Virus record (IMG/VR): IMGVR_UViG_3300018080_000152
Span: 1-64,000 of that record
Reading direction: 5' to 3' (one strand)
Length of the DNA: 64,000 nt
Origin: a virus
The translations under genes were made by a program, and so were the position numbers. This document shows, piece by piece, positions 1 to 11,506 of the stretch. Within the stretch, counting starts at the first letter, position 1, and every line of letters begins with the position of its first letter. A model generated the notes under the pieces. The model was not told where the DNA came from. It made no database searches and was given only the letters and a program-made list of their open reading frames with translations.

Positions 1-32
1 ACTTTAGTATAGATGATAGTGGCACTTCAGTT

Positions 33-1928
33 TTGTGGACACTACAAGGTGATGTTGTTAACTCTGTGTCTGCTCCTGGTGAATTTGTTTGGACCGGAGG
101 CACTGAACCAATTACATTAGCTGGCACGGCAAATCAGAACATTAATTTTGATGGAACCGATACGCCGAACTTGGTAATTAATAAGCCTATTAGCGGTGAT
201 GTAGAATTAGATGAAGTAGATTTAACATTTGAGTCTTCCGAATTGGGTGGTTCATTAACCATGTCTATTTCTGGTGGAGATATCGACACTAAAGATTCTG
301 CCACTATGAATTTTAGTGGTGGTGGTAGTGCTACTTTTTCAAACGCTAACCTTGACCTGGGCTTGTTAACTACATGGATATTCCGATGTGCAGGAACACT
401 GGATTATTCTGGTGCAAGCTTTGTAGATACCGGTACAGCTACAATCAAACAAGAATGTCTCATTCCTGCTTATATCCAGGGTCACATTGGTTTGACATTG
501 ACAGAAAGTCTTTATACGTTGGGACACGACACGGCTTTTGCTCCAGAAACACTGTTTGTTGAGGGTCTTGGTACTGCGCAGAACGAAGCGTATTTGTTCA
601 TTAATGGTGGTTTTTCTACAACAGCAACTATGTCTATGTTTGTTGAAGTAGACAACATTGCTGATAATGATTCACGAACACTATATCTACACAACACACA
701 GACTGGTGCTCCATCTACGTTGGGTAAAACTTTGTATATCGACGGAGATGCTAGTGTAACTGCATCTACGACATTATATGCACACTTAAATCCAACATTG
801 TCCGAAACACTGTCTCTGGCTATTACTGGCGCTGGTGTTTTGCCAGGATATTTGTTTAGTAGTAAGGGCGCAACACTGTTTATTAATCGACCTAACGAAT
901 CTATTGGTAGACCTTTATTCTGCAAAGCAATTGATAATCCAGTTAATAGCACAGTTCCATTGTCAGTGTATAATGCAGCTTACTTTGCTAATAATGTGTA
1001 TCAAACACCACAATTAGAAGGCGCATTTTTTCCACTACAAGATAATGCATCGAATAATACTGTTGTTGATACCGCCGGTGGAAATAATGGCACATTTGTT
1101 ACAGATGGGTCTAACACCAACACAGAAGATATAAGCACGACAGGCCCAGGTGGTGTGGCTAATACGGCATTAGATTTTTCTGTCGATGGAGATGGATATG
1201 GTATAGATATTAATAATATTCCTAGCGTGATTGATAATTTGTCTCTATCTATGTGGGTTAAACGTCCAACTGTACCAGATGCAGGTTTTTATGTCCTGCT
1301 GGATTCTGTTACCACTGGTGGAAATGCTCAGTGGAGAATCAATAGTGGTGTTATAGAGTTTGTGGACGACAATCCTACAACTCACAATATTGGAGCCGCT
1401 CCTAACGATACCAATTGGCATCATTATATGTGGGTACATGAAGGTAATGACATGACATTTTACTTAGATGGTGTACAATATGGAAATGTAATTACCGGTA
1501 TAGTAAATCCCAACCCGTTTTTTGGTGCTGGCGGAACCGGAGTGACACTTGGTAATCTTGGTAGTGGTTCATTTTTCTTCGCATTCAATGGCCCATTGTC
1601 AGATGTTCGTATATTTGATACTACTGGACAACCAACATCGTCAGACCAGATAACATGGTTAGCAAATGCAAATAATATTGGACTTCCACTACCAGACACA
1701 TTTCCTCTGTCAATTCATGGACATAGCGCCCTGAATGCAACAATGACGATGTTCATAAATACTGGCTTGGGAAACACCGGAAGTTGTACGCTATATACAG
1801 CAGGTGCCTTCCTTGCTAACAACATTGATGACGGGGGACCACCTGGGGTATTCACGATGGTAATACCACAAACATTGGGTATCATAAATAATTCAATTCC
1901 ACTTTACGTTTTCGGATGGGGGCCTTAA
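33..1928 (+). CDS. LamG/concanavalin-like domain virion/tail protein (probably begins before the window)
   Basis: LamG motifs SLSMWVK, WHHYMWV, TFYLDGV and FNGPLSDVRIF. Repeated TL(F/Y)IxG beta motifs; G/T/N/D-rich. Confidence 0.75.
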   Translation: MWTLQGDVVNSVSAPGEFVWTGGTEPITLAGTANQNINFDGTDTPNLVINKPISGDVELDEVDLTFESSELGGSLTMSISGGDIDTKDSATMNFSGGGSATFSNANLDLGLLTTWIFRCAGTLDYSGASFVDTGTATIKQECLIPAYIQGHIGLTLTESLYTLGHDTAFAPETLFVEGLGTAQNEAYLFINGGFSTTATMSMFVEVDNIADNDSRTLYLHNTQTGAPSTLGKTLYIDGDASVTASTTLYAHLNPTLSETLSLAITGAGVLPGYLFSSKGATLFINRPNESIGRPLFCKAIDNPVNSTVPLSVYNAAYFANNVYQTPQLEGAFFPLQDNASNNTVVDTAGGNNGTFVTDGSNTNTEDISTTGPGGVANTALDFSVDGDGYGIDINNIPSVIDNLSLSMWVKRPTVPDAGFYVLLDSVTTGGNAQWRINSGVIEFVDDNPTTHNIGAAPNDTNWHHYMWVHEGNDMTFYLDGVQYGNVITGIVNPNPFFGAGGTGVTLGNLGSGSFFFAFNGPLSDVRIFDTTGQPTSSDQITWLANANNIGLPLPDTFPLSIHGHSALNATMTMFINTGLGNTGSCTLYTAGAFLANNIDDGGPPGVFTMVIPQTLGIINNSIPLYVFGWGP

Positions 1929-1930
1929 TA

Positions 1931-4393
1931 ATGGCTGCTGAAACTGCAATTCTTTATAATGAAAAACGAATCATTCCTGCGCCACAACTGTCTTTCAGTC
2001 GTAATCATAGGCGTTCAGGAGACCAGTCTGTAATAGGCACGGAACACACAGTAACTTTAACTGGTACGTTGGTAGGTTGCAAGGGCTGGGAAACATATGG
2101 AAAAGAACCTACCTTCTATACTGGTAGCGACTATCCTTCTGACGCCACAGGTGCAACATGTAGTAAGTTTACCAATTTAGTTGGTATGCAAGAAGCCATG
2201 CGTAAACTCTTTGATTTTGAAGAGACAGCAGATGGTGGTGATTACAACTGGTTTGAGGTTGTTGGTTGTGATGGTCTGATTAGAAAGTGGCGAGCGCGCA
2301 CGCTTAGTGTAGACTTTTCTCAGGGTCAATGGACCGATGTGTGTGAATATACAATCACGCTCGGTTTGCAAACTGATGATATTGGCGATTATAATCTTAA
2401 TATTGACAATACAGAAAATTGGAGCGTACAGTTTGATGAAGAGAATGGTGGTATCTATACTCTGACCCATACGCTATCATGTCAGTCTGAAGAGTTTGCT
2501 AATGCCGAAAATGACATATCGGAAGGTTGGAGACAGGCCAAAGCATGGATTGATGAGCGTACAATTGGAAATCCAACCGACCCCCCATCTCCACACAAGC
2601 CATCGTCTGAATATACTGGGTCAGCCCCAAGCACTATTAAGAATGAGTTGATTTTTCAAGCAACTGGCATGAACTTAACCACTGCCTATAATGCTTATGA
2701 CTATACTATTCAGAAAACAATTGATGAGTATGCTGGTACATATTCCATTTCGGAAACATGGGTTTTGTCTAAAGACCCAGTATTCCGTCAATGGGTAATC
2801 GAGATGAATGAGCCGCGTGATACATATGCAAGCGTATCTGTACGTGGTGAATTCCGTTCGTTCTTAGATAGAACCACAACCACAGAAGTTGACCCAACGA
2901 ATGGTGATGCGGCACTCACCGCATTCCAAACTTGGTCTGCTGTTGATGATGATGGTAATAGCACACCACATACTTTGGCTCAGACATTTTATACAGCCAA
3001 TGGTCGATATGGTGGCGATGGTGGTAAAACCCTTGGTAATACTCCAACCAATAAGACTGTAAGCACTGGATATGAGAGCCGTGGTGATGGTAGCGATGCG
3101 TTTGGCAAACAAACGCGCGTGGTACAGTTTGCTTATGAGTTTTCAACTGCTAGCGCTGGTGCGGAAGTGGCATACAGCAATACTATGACTACTAGTTATG
3201 CACCACAATGCATGTCTACTGTCACGATACAGGGTAGTATTACTGGTCATCCACCTACCGTTAATGATACGGAAACAACCAGACTAGAAAAGGCAGCTAC
3301 GGCATATGCTCTGATAGATACATCTACAATTGCCGATGCTTTATATGCGTCCCTTGGTGGAACTGGCCAATTGGCTATAAAATCTAGCACGTATGTGGAA
3401 AATGCCAGAGATGGCACCATTAACTTCACGGACGAATATACGGATTTGTATGGTGGTGACTATGCTTATGCAGAACTAACTGTTACTGAGAAGTATGAGC
3501 AAGGAAACTGTGAAGATACCGCATATGATGTTCAGGGTGAGATTACTGGCCTATGTGGTAATATGTCTGCTGTGGAAGCTTTGTTTGCTAGTACATACAC
3601 ATCTGATGCTGCAATCTTTTCTTCCTATGGATGTTTGGCATCTTCAAGTATATCTAGAAATGAACAAAAGTCTACATTAAGCTTTTCATATTCATACATA
3701 GATTGTGAAGGTGGTTATGAGCATGTGCAGGATATCACAACGTCAACCTCTGACGGAGATTGTTGTAGTGAGATATCCATTACAGGAACTATTACGCCGT
3801 ACTGTGACCCATCTACTGGCGAATCTGGAGCTGTAGATACTGCTGAGGATGCATGGGCAATTATTGAAGCTGGACTTTTAGACCAAGCTAATTTATATTG
3901 TGATAATGACCCAGCGGTATTACGTACTACTAATGTTGCTCGTAATCTTACAAGTGGTGTGATACGATATACATATAAGTATCAATGCTGTACTATGGTT
4001 GTAACTGGCGCCCTGAAAGAATCTATTAATATCACAACTGAATTTCCGTCTCAAGTTTTGGCAATTATTCCAATTTTGGGAAGAACATGTGGTCCAATTA
4101 TTCAGGACAAGGGCACCAAAACTTTGGAGAAAGCTTCAATCGCCATTGATTTGCTGTTTCCAGTAGATTGTGACGCATCATATGGTAAACCTTCTGGACT
4201 TGAAGACCAAATCCAGGGTATAATAAGTGATGCACAAATCTGTTCTACAGGAACGTGTCATACGGTATTGAATGACCGAGAAGCTAATGGCTGTGCTCAG
4301 CCATCGTGTTATATCGAAAGAGATACCGAATCGTGGAACCCACGTACCGGAAGATATACTAGAAATGTTACATACATACGTGAATGTTGTTAA
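1931..4393 (+). CDS. Virion structural (tail/baseplate-like) protein
   Basis: Long T/S/D-rich ORF with internal beta repeats in the structural operon. ATG at 1931 follows the upstream stop. Confidence 0.55.
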   Translation: MAAETAILYNEKRIIPAPQLSFSRNHRRSGDQSVIGTEHTVTLTGTLVGCKGWETYGKEPTFYTGSDYPSDATGATCSKFTNLVGMQEAMRKLFDFEETADGGDYNWFEVVGCDGLIRKWRARTLSVDFSQGQWTDVCEYTITLGLQTDDIGDYNLNIDNTENWSVQFDEENGGIYTLTHTLSCQSEEFANAENDISEGWRQAKAWIDERTIGNPTDPPSPHKPSSEYTGSAPSTIKNELIFQATGMNLTTAYNAYDYTIQKTIDEYAGTYSISETWVLSKDPVFRQWVIEMNEPRDTYASVSVRGEFRSFLDRTTTTEVDPTNGDAALTAFQTWSAVDDDGNSTPHTLAQTFYTANGRYGGDGGKTLGNTPTNKTVSTGYESRGDGSDAFGKQTRVVQFAYEFSTASAGAEVAYSNTMTTSYAPQCMSTVTIQGSITGHPPTVNDTETTRLEKAATAYALIDTSTIADALYASLGGTGQLAIKSSTYVENARDGTINFTDEYTDLYGGDYAYAELTVTEKYEQGNCEDTAYDVQGEITGLCGNMSAVEALFASTYTSDAAIFSSYGCLASSSISRNEQKSTLSFSYSYIDCEGGYEHVQDITTSTSDGDCCSEISITGTITPYCDPSTGESGAVDTAEDAWAIIEAGLLDQANLYCDNDPAVLRTTNVARNLTSGVIRYTYKYQCCTMVVTGALKESINITTEFPSQVLAIIPILGRTCGPIIQDKGTKTLEKASIAIDLLFPVDCDASYGKPSGLEDQIQGIISDAQICSTGTCHTVLNDREANGCAQPSCYIERDTESWNPRTGRYTRNVTYIRECC

Positions 4394-4405
4394 GGGTAAA
4401 ATATT

Positions 4406-7400
4406 ATGGCTTTATGTTGTGGAAGTAATGGTATTCCATTTATACAAACTAGATTTTTAGGTGCCAGCATTGCAAGGTTTTCTACGCAAGTAGACTGGAA
4501 TGGCTCTGGTGGCGGGCTGCAAGTTGAATTGGTCGAAGACCTATGCGCTGGAGATGCGTTCACTCCTCCACAAATAGGTTCTCCGGTATTCTTTCAATAT
4601 GGAGGTCTTGTACAGGGCGGTATCCTCCAAAACTGGAAACAAAATGAATCAGCTAATGGACCAAAAAGTTATACGGTCAATGTAGTAAGTCCCCGTGACT
4701 TGGTTGTTGGTTGTGACTGTGTGTTGAGTAGCTATAGCGGCCCCACTTATTCTGTTCCTAACCTTGCCAATGTTTACGGTTGGCTGGAAGAAAATCTAGG
4801 CCCAGCATGTTCTGAGAGTGGATACACCGGAGGTGTGCTTCCTGGCTTTAGCTCTAATCTTACCTATCCTCCCGCCGCTGGTTTTGGAGGAGCACAACAA
4901 AATGATACTGGTATTCCATGGTACTTGGTAAAAACAGCACTTAACGCCATTCTAAATGGTAGTGGTGGCGTGCATGGTAATCCTATCACGTTCCGTGGCC
5001 ACCGCTATCTGTTTGACCTATCAGAGCTTCCCTCGCTTAATGCCCAAGTACATATTAGTGGTGAAAATATGAATTTGGATGATTTGATTGCGCATGTATG
5101 TGGGCTTGGTGGAGTGGATTACTTCTATGAACTTATTACTGTTGGTACAGTATGTGGTGCTATTACACTTCAAAATATTATCAAGGTTCGTACTACTCGT
5201 GGTTCATCTATTATATCTGATGAGTCTGCTAGAAATGTAGATAATGCATGTAACTCACAAATTGACGCAAGATTGAGTCTTGGAACTATTGGTAGTACAA
5301 TTGCTAGTTCTACCTGTGTTAATCGTTATGGTCGTGGTCTTGAACTACGTCATGATGTTACCAATGCTTTTCTTACTGGTGATTTCCGAAAAGAAGTATA
5401 TCAGATTGAATACGAAGGTGATTGTGACGGGACCAGTGACACTATATGGCCATACTGGGGTAAGAACCCAGATGGTACAATTATTATGGGTGAAGAGTGT
5501 AGTGATGGCACATTCCCAAAAGAAATCAACGATTTAGATTATGGACATCATTTTGTGGCAGATGTAAGCCACTTGGGCGTTGGCGTAGACGAATGGGATG
5601 TTACCATGTTTGAGCTACAAGCTGCGCTTGTGGGCGAAGAAAACTGGCGTGCGTGGTTGTGGGAAAAAGAGCCAGAGAAGTTTGCTAGTATTTTGGGTTT
5701 AGCTGCTCATGATATTCGTGGTAAAGGCCCAGGCACATTTATCGGTAAAAGATTGCAACAAATTTTTGATGCGGGAGATGCAAATAATGTTGCTGCTGAT
5801 AAAACTGGCATAAAAGGACCAGACCTTCTGGATATGTCTTTGGAAGAGATGAAAAAACTTGACGCCTTTAACTTGGAAAAATACAGACAAGCTAGTGTCT
5901 TATATGACTTTGTGCGTAAGTTTGCCCAAGAGTTTCATGGTCGCCAATTTATGGTAAAGCTGCCATTCTTGTGTCAGCGATTTACGGTTGATGAAGACAA
6001 TCCATGGACAACCGAGAAGAACTGGGAGCCCACTGACAGTGGATGGACAGAGTGGCCAGTCCTTGGTATTCCAAATAACCACTGGATTCTAGACCAATTT
6101 AGAGCAGACGATGGCAAGATTACATGCTTTGTCAAGTATGTAAGTGATACGCCTATGAAGTTAGACAATTTGAGCAAGACTGATTACTTTGCTCTAGATG
6201 GTCAAAATGTGTTTGTGTCCGGTACGTGCGAAGAAATTATTTGGGTAAATGACTTTGATGATGCTCGTGCTGTGGTTAAAATTACTGGCCCAGTTCAAAA
6301 GCATAATCCATATGGTATTTTACCAGAATGGTTGATGAGCTTTGCTCTAACCCAGGACTACAATAACGCAAACGACAAAGACAAGTTTATGAATGCCATG
6401 GCGTCCTTGACCAATGATAAGTTTGCTCTGGGTATGAAAGAACCATTTCTTATGCCAGTGGCCGCCGCCATCCCTCTACAAAGTACACGTTTGGTTTATG
6501 GTCCGTGGTTCGCTAAAGAAAACGACTTTGATGGTTACAACTTCTTCCTAAGTGGGGCTTTTGGCGGTAGTGATAACGGTAAGACCATTTATCAGAGAGA
6601 GTCTGGTTTTGCTCCATGGAACTTCGGTACATTTGCGCTTATGGATTGGGTAGCATATTCTACAGCCACAGCCATGCTTGGAGATAAGTATGTGGTAGAA
6701 ATGGGAGATATCACTTTTCCTGGTGCCCCTGCTGGTTCAGTTGGTGACTTATTAGTTACTGGGGGCCCAATAGTATCACATATTGATGTGCAGGTTGGTC
6801 GCGGAACTGGCGCTGTAACTACAACCTATAGGATGAAAACTCATACGCCAGACACAAACAAATTGGCTAAGCAAAGACTTGACCAAATTCGTCATGCTGC
6901 TCAAATTGGCATTAAGGCAAATCGTATGTTCAAAAAGTATACGATTGATAGGTTGCGCAACCAATTCGACACCAAGATTGCTCAGCAGCTATTGCAATGG
7001 AAAGTTGACAAAGGTCTAGACGCAAATTCATCCCACGATATGATGGGTGGCCAGGCATTTCTTGACCCAGATGGTCCGGCTTTAACAACGAGTGATGTAA
7101 TTGAGACTAGATTTAGACATGGACAAAACGATGTTCCAATTACTACAAAACAACCAGTGTTGTATGAGGAGCCAGACCAAGACGACGAACCACATGGTAG
7201 CACTGCATCTATGTCATCTGAAGGTAGAAAAGATATGCGTATGTTGCGCGCTGATGTAGACCATGCATGGCGTAGGCGTGCGTATATGGACCAAATTGGT
7301 ATGTTCCGTCCATTCTCCACGCTACCACACAATCAAAAAGCCATCAAAGACGATGCGTACTTCATGCCTCACTGGCGAAATGAAATCAACAAAGACAAAG

Positions 7401-10400
7401 TGTTGAGTGGTAGCTGTGGAGTGTCAGATGGTGATTCTAAGCTATCTTTTGAACCTGGATGCCCAAGCGGTGAACAAGAATATATGACTAAGCATGTGGA
7501 ACATTTTTCACATGAACAGGTTCCACCAATCTTTTGTAAAGAACAACAACTACCAATTAACATAACCACGCTATCTCCTTTCTTGAGCAAGGGAAGAAGC
7601 ACAGCCGGTCTATGTATGACCAAGAGCCCAGACACGTCTGCTGGCCACGATATTGAATACATTGCTCGTGACGGTGTATATCCTACTAATTTAAGTGTGC
7701 GCCACCCAAACGACAACTATAGCGCTGAGCACTGGTATCGTGCTGTTGGTCTCCGCAGTCCTCTTATCTTGGCTGGGTGGGGTTTTGATATTGACAACAA
7801 GCCAGTCCCCAATGAGTCCACAACCTATCCTGCTAATCCAAAGATGAAGTTTGAGCAAGACTGGTTGCGCAAACCACAAAAATGGATGTGTGGACCGCTG
7901 GATGTTCGCTGGGATTACAAGAGACAAGTATGGACCGCTCCAACCGCTATGAAGATAGTCAGATTGGAGTTGGCTGAAAATCTATGTGTGGGTCAATGCG
8001 CCAATGCCATTTTGTATAATGACCAGGAACAATATGACTATGACGGTAATCCAATAGCTACTGAATATGGTTGTGGTGATAAGTGTGGTTATTTAGTCAA
8101 AGTGTGGAATGATAGTATGCAACCAGTTATTGCTGGGTGGCGTATTACAGCATATTTTGATACTACTTTGAATCAATACCGTATGTTGAGTCATGACCCA
8201 TTGCCAATTGTAGAAGTAAATGTCACTACTATGGGTGCTAATCCATGTGATACTATGCAGGGAACAATTGTTGGCCCTGCTGGCGATTGTGGTTCGATGG
8301 ACCCGTGTGATGCACTGAATGGTTTAGATATTGAATTGGTTAATACGTTGAATCAACCAATCTGTCCACCTCGTAAGGTGTACGCTTGGATTTGTAGATT
8401 TGATTGCGATGGCGAAGGTGAAGAGGGGCCTGAGCTTGACGGTTGTAGAAAGAAGTGTTTGCAACCAGTTAAGGCTTATGGAGCCATTCTACAAGCTGAG
8501 TTTAAGCCAGAATGTGTAGTTACACATTTAGAACTTCTAGAGTATTACGCCTGGGGTTATGATGAGCTATGTGATGAAGACGACCTAACCATATTCTCAC
8601 AAGGTGAAGTAGAAACGTGTTGGGATGCATGTCTCAAGGTGGATGGCGTTGCTTGCTTACCAGAACAAAATCTAACTACTGATGTTTCAGCAGTTAACGC
8701 AAGCGGTTGTGGAGTTACCATAACTGGTAGTGCTACTGTTGATGGTCAAACTTCAAGCTATTCACATAGTCATAGTGTAACGTCATTTAGCGGTAATATA
8801 CCATCATTTGCTTTGACTGGTTTACAGACAGATGGTTACACTCGTCCATCACACACATGTCCTGTATCCGTAGACGTAATTGGTTCTACTGATATTGACG
8901 GTGGTTGCATCGATTGTATTACTACGGCTGGCATACCACTAATACAGTCATGTTCAGTAGATGCAGTAAGTGGCAGTCCAACCATAACCGGTGAAGTAAC
9001 AGGGTGGGTAACTGCAAGTGGTTATGTTGATGCGTCCGGTGATATATTGGGAACAGTTGATACCACTACCGTAACTGGTGTTTGTTCTGGAGCTAGTATT
9101 AGTGGAACCATTGGTTTGACCTCTGGTGTTACAGATTACGAGCCATCCTATACATTTACTGGTGTTGAAGTCACCATTCCAGATATTACACCTTTAGGTG
9201 ATATTGTTTTAACTGCAACTTCTGCCATTGGTTGTGTTAGAGATACTACTGTGGATATTTCAGATGCTTCTTGCGCAACTCTTAGTGGAACCACAGATAG
9301 TGACGGTGGAGGGGCCTTGAATATTACTGGTCTAACTGTTACTGGTACTGGTACATACAACGCTACTGTTACTGGTGCTGTTGAATTGAGTAGTACAGAT
9401 ACGTGTCCTGTAGTTACAGGTAGCACCGGTGGTGTTGTTGGTTCTCCAACCATGTCTTTGGTTGGTCCCACAACTGACACAGCTATTACTATAACATCTG
9501 ATACTACTGGTCTTTCCTATATTTACGCTGATAATGTAGAGATTAATGGTATTAGTTTGTCATGTTGGTTTAATACATTAAGTGGTAACACTGGTTCTTC
9601 TGCCTCTCCAGCACATAGTCACTCTGCTGGTACGTTGTATATTACCAGTTTTGGACCATGTAGTGCATCTTTACAGGGAGACCCCAGAGTATATAAGGCT
9701 GATATTGCAGGGGCAATTGATGCTACATTAGACCAAGATTCAATAACAGTGGATGGTGTTATTGGAGACCACACACACTCTGTTGGTACGTTGGATGTAG
9801 ACCTGGGTTCATGCACATGGAAAATTAGTGCCGGTGCTCAAGCTGCGATTGACTTAGCAACAGTTGCCGCAGGCTTAGATGTTGGTGGAACCCTTAATGG
9901 CGTTGCCCACACACATGGTCTAACGGGAGTTGAAATAGACATGGCAAGTTGTTCTTGGGAACTAACAGACTGTGTTGTAAACGTAGATATTACCTTGTTA
10001 GATTTTCAAGGTGCTACAACTACTGTACCTAATGGTACAGTTGAAAACTTTACATTGCCTAAGCACAATCACAACATCAGCAGCATAGACTTGGACACAA
10101 CTGGTCTTACTGTAGACCTTGGCTCTTGTTCATGGTCATTGGCATCAGACGGTGTGACTATTCCTTCTGCCGCAATTAATGCTGGATTAAGCTTTGTTGG
10201 TGTAAGCACTCCACTGCAAAGTGGGGAAGCAACCATAGCAATTTCCAATGTCGCGACGTATCTAGAATGTGATGTTAGTGGTTCACTGACAATGTTTGAT
10301 GGTGACTTACCAGACCATCAACATGGTATGAGTTTTACTGCAACTGGAGATGCCACTTGTCCATCGTGGACACATAGTCATCCACTGGATGGTGTAACTA

Positions 10401-11110
10401 TTCCAAAGCAAGGTATTGCATTTGTTGGCGGTCAAACAGACATAGATACGCATAGTCACGCAATTGCCAACTTGACATTGAGTGGTAATTTAGCTGGTAC
10501 TGTTGATAACTGTCCTTTGAACCACGACCACGACTTTACAATTCCTTGTACAGAAGTTACATGGTGTGGTGATGCTACGTTTGACTTAGATATTGACAGT
10601 AGATTTATTCCTGGTAGTTGTACGATTCGTGTTTCTGTTGTAAACAAGAACTTCTGGGAATATTATTGGTACACGCTGTGTATTTGCACCAGAGCAATTT
10701 GGCATGAGGCTGAGTTTGGTCCAGCAGTATGTGATTTGAATGTTACACCAGATTGTGATACTGATTGCGAGGATATTGATTGTGGCGACCCAGTATATAA
10801 TTGTCCTGGCAAGCCAGCGCATAACAGACCCACTGGTGGTGAGGATGTCAGTTGGTTTGGACAAGCTAATGATGACGAATTAGTATCACTAGATTCTAAT
10901 TGTATAAATGACCCACAAGCTGCATGTGATGTTTCTGCGACATGTGCAGCGCCAGTAGTAGCACCAGATTGTTGTACGTCATGTGGTACAACTATAGATG
11001 AAACTTCGTCTGGTGTAGCTAGCGGTTCATCAGTTAATCAAGGTGGTGCGTTGGTAGATTTCTGCCCGGCTGGGGCACCGATAGATTTTGACCCCTCACC
11101 GCCTGCATAA
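4406..11110 (+). CDS. Giant tail/central fibre-like protein, Cys-rich, with multiple HxH motifs
   Basis: 2234 aa. The C-terminal half is G/T/S/V-rich with about nine HxH motifs (HSH, HTH, HNH, HQH, HDH) like metal-binding fibre knots. Confidence 0.65.
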   Translation: MALCCGSNGIPFIQTRFLGASIARFSTQVDWNGSGGGLQVELVEDLCAGDAFTPPQIGSPVFFQYGGLVQGGILQNWKQNESANGPKSYTVNVVSPRDLVVGCDCVLSSYSGPTYSVPNLANVYGWLEENLGPACSESGYTGGVLPGFSSNLTYPPAAGFGGAQQNDTGIPWYLVKTALNAILNGSGGVHGNPITFRGHRYLFDLSELPSLNAQVHISGENMNLDDLIAHVCGLGGVDYFYELITVGTVCGAITLQNIIKVRTTRGSSIISDESARNVDNACNSQIDARLSLGTIGSTIASSTCVNRYGRGLELRHDVTNAFLTGDFRKEVYQIEYEGDCDGTSDTIWPYWGKNPDGTIIMGEECSDGTFPKEINDLDYGHHFVADVSHLGVGVDEWDVTMFELQAALVGEENWRAWLWEKEPEKFASILGLAAHDIRGKGPGTFIGKRLQQIFDAGDANNVAADKTGIKGPDLLDMSLEEMKKLDAFNLEKYRQASVLYDFVRKFAQEFHGRQFMVKLPFLCQRFTVDEDNPWTTEKNWEPTDSGWTEWPVLGIPNNHWILDQFRADDGKITCFVKYVSDTPMKLDNLSKTDYFALDGQNVFVSGTCEEIIWVNDFDDARAVVKITGPVQKHNPYGILPEWLMSFALTQDYNNANDKDKFMNAMASLTNDKFALGMKEPFLMPVAAAIPLQSTRLVYGPWFAKENDFDGYNFFLSGAFGGSDNGKTIYQRESGFAPWNFGTFALMDWVAYSTATAMLGDKYVVEMGDITFPGAPAGSVGDLLVTGGPIVSHIDVQVGRGTGAVTTTYRMKTHTPDTNKLAKQRLDQIRHAAQIGIKANRMFKKYTIDRLRNQFDTKIAQQLLQWKVDKGLDANSSHDMMGGQAFLDPDGPALTTSDVIETRFRHGQNDVPITTKQPVLYEEPDQDDEPHGSTASMSSEGRKDMRMLRADVDHAWRRRAYMDQIGMFRPFSTLPHNQKAIKDDAYFMPHWRNEINKDKVLSGSCGVSDGDSKLSFEPGCPSGEQEYMTKHVEHFSHEQVPPIFCKEQQLPINITTLSPFLSKGRSTAGLCMTKSPDTSAGHDIEYIARDGVYPTNLSVRHPNDNYSAEHWYRAVGLRSPLILAGWGFDIDNKPVPNESTTYPANPKMKFEQDWLRKPQKWMCGPLDVRWDYKRQVWTAPTAMKIVRLELAENLCVGQCANAILYNDQEQYDYDGNPIATEYGCGDKCGYLVKVWNDSMQPVIAGWRITAYFDTTLNQYRMLSHDPLPIVEVNVTTMGANPCDTMQGTIVGPAGDCGSMDPCDALNGLDIELVNTLNQPICPPRKVYAWICRFDCDGEGEEGPELDGCRKKCLQPVKAYGAILQAEFKPECVVTHLELLEYYAWGYDELCDEDDLTIFSQGEVETCWDACLKVDGVACLPEQNLTTDVSAVNASGCGVTITGSATVDGQTSSYSHSHSVTSFSGNIPSFALTGLQTDGYTRPSHTCPVSVDVIGSTDIDGGCIDCITTAGIPLIQSCSVDAVSGSPTITGEVTGWVTASGYVDASGDILGTVDTTTVTGVCSGASISGTIGLTSGVTDYEPSYTFTGVEVTIPDITPLGDIVLTATSAIGCVRDTTVDISDASCATLSGTTDSDGGGALNITGLTVTGTGTYNATVTGAVELSSTDTCPVVTGSTGGVVGSPTMSLVGPTTDTAITITSDTTGLSYIYADNVEINGISLSCWFNTLSGNTGSSASPAHSHSAGTLYITSFGPCSASLQGDPRVYKADIAGAIDATLDQDSITVDGVIGDHTHSVGTLDVDLGSCTWKISAGAQAAIDLATVAAGLDVGGTLNGVAHTHGLTGVEIDMASCSWELTDCVVNVDITLLDFQGATTTVPNGTVENFTLPKHNHNISSIDLDTTGLTVDLGSCSWSLASDGVTIPSAAINAGLSFVGVSTPLQSGEATIAISNVATYLECDVSGSLTMFDGDLPDHQHGMSFTATGDATCPSWTHSHPLDGVTIPKQGIAFVGGQTDIDTHSHAIANLTLSGNLAGTVDNCPLNHDHDFTIPCTEVTWCGDATFDLDIDSRFIPGSCTIRVSVVNKNFWEYYWYTLCICTRAIWHEAEFGPAVCDLNVTPDCDTDCEDIDCGDPVYNCPGKPAHNRPTGGEDVSWFGQANDDELVSLDSNCINDPQAACDVSATCAAPVVAPDCCTSCGTTIDETSSGVASGSSVNQGGALVDFCPAGAPIDFDPSPPA

Positions 11111-11124
11111 GGAGAAGAATTAAA

Positions 11125-11454
11125 ATGAGTGGAATATCACCCAAGGAACGCGATGCTTTAATCGAACAGGCCCGTCAGAACACGACAGAGGAACCCGTAG
11201 AGCGTAACTTGCCTTCTAAAACAAAGATGGCAAAAAATTTAGCCAAAGCTGCTGTAAAACATGTGGCTAATGGTATGAAGAAAGTTGGTGTTGAAGAATA
11301 TCAACGTAGATTAAATATATGCAACAATTGTCCAGATGACATGCGAGTTAAGAACAGATGTACACATGAAGATTGTGGATGTTTTCTTGATAAAAAAGCG
11401 TGGTGGGATTCTGAGACATGCCCCAACGAACATTGGGACATAAATGGTGTATAA
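11125..11454 (+). CDS. Small Cys-rich protein (DUF6171-like)
   Basis: RLNICNNC...C...CGCFL..K......CP...W pattern; AGGAG RBS. Confidence 0.6.
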   Translation: MSGISPKERDALIEQARQNTTEEPVERNLPSKTKMAKNLAKAAVKHVANGMKKVGVEEYQRRLNICNNCPDDMRVKNRCTHEDCGCFLDKKAWWDSETCPNEHWDINGV

Positions 11455-11455
11455 T
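11446..11455 (+). promoter_or_regulatory. GGTGTATAAT extended -10 promoter
   Basis: Motif recurs across the window; this copy is ~50 nt upstream of the 11507 ATG. Confidence 0.6.
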
Positions 11456-11506
11456 ACAGTGGATATTTCTATATCTCAATTGAAAACTCAAAGTGGAGAA
11501 TAAATA

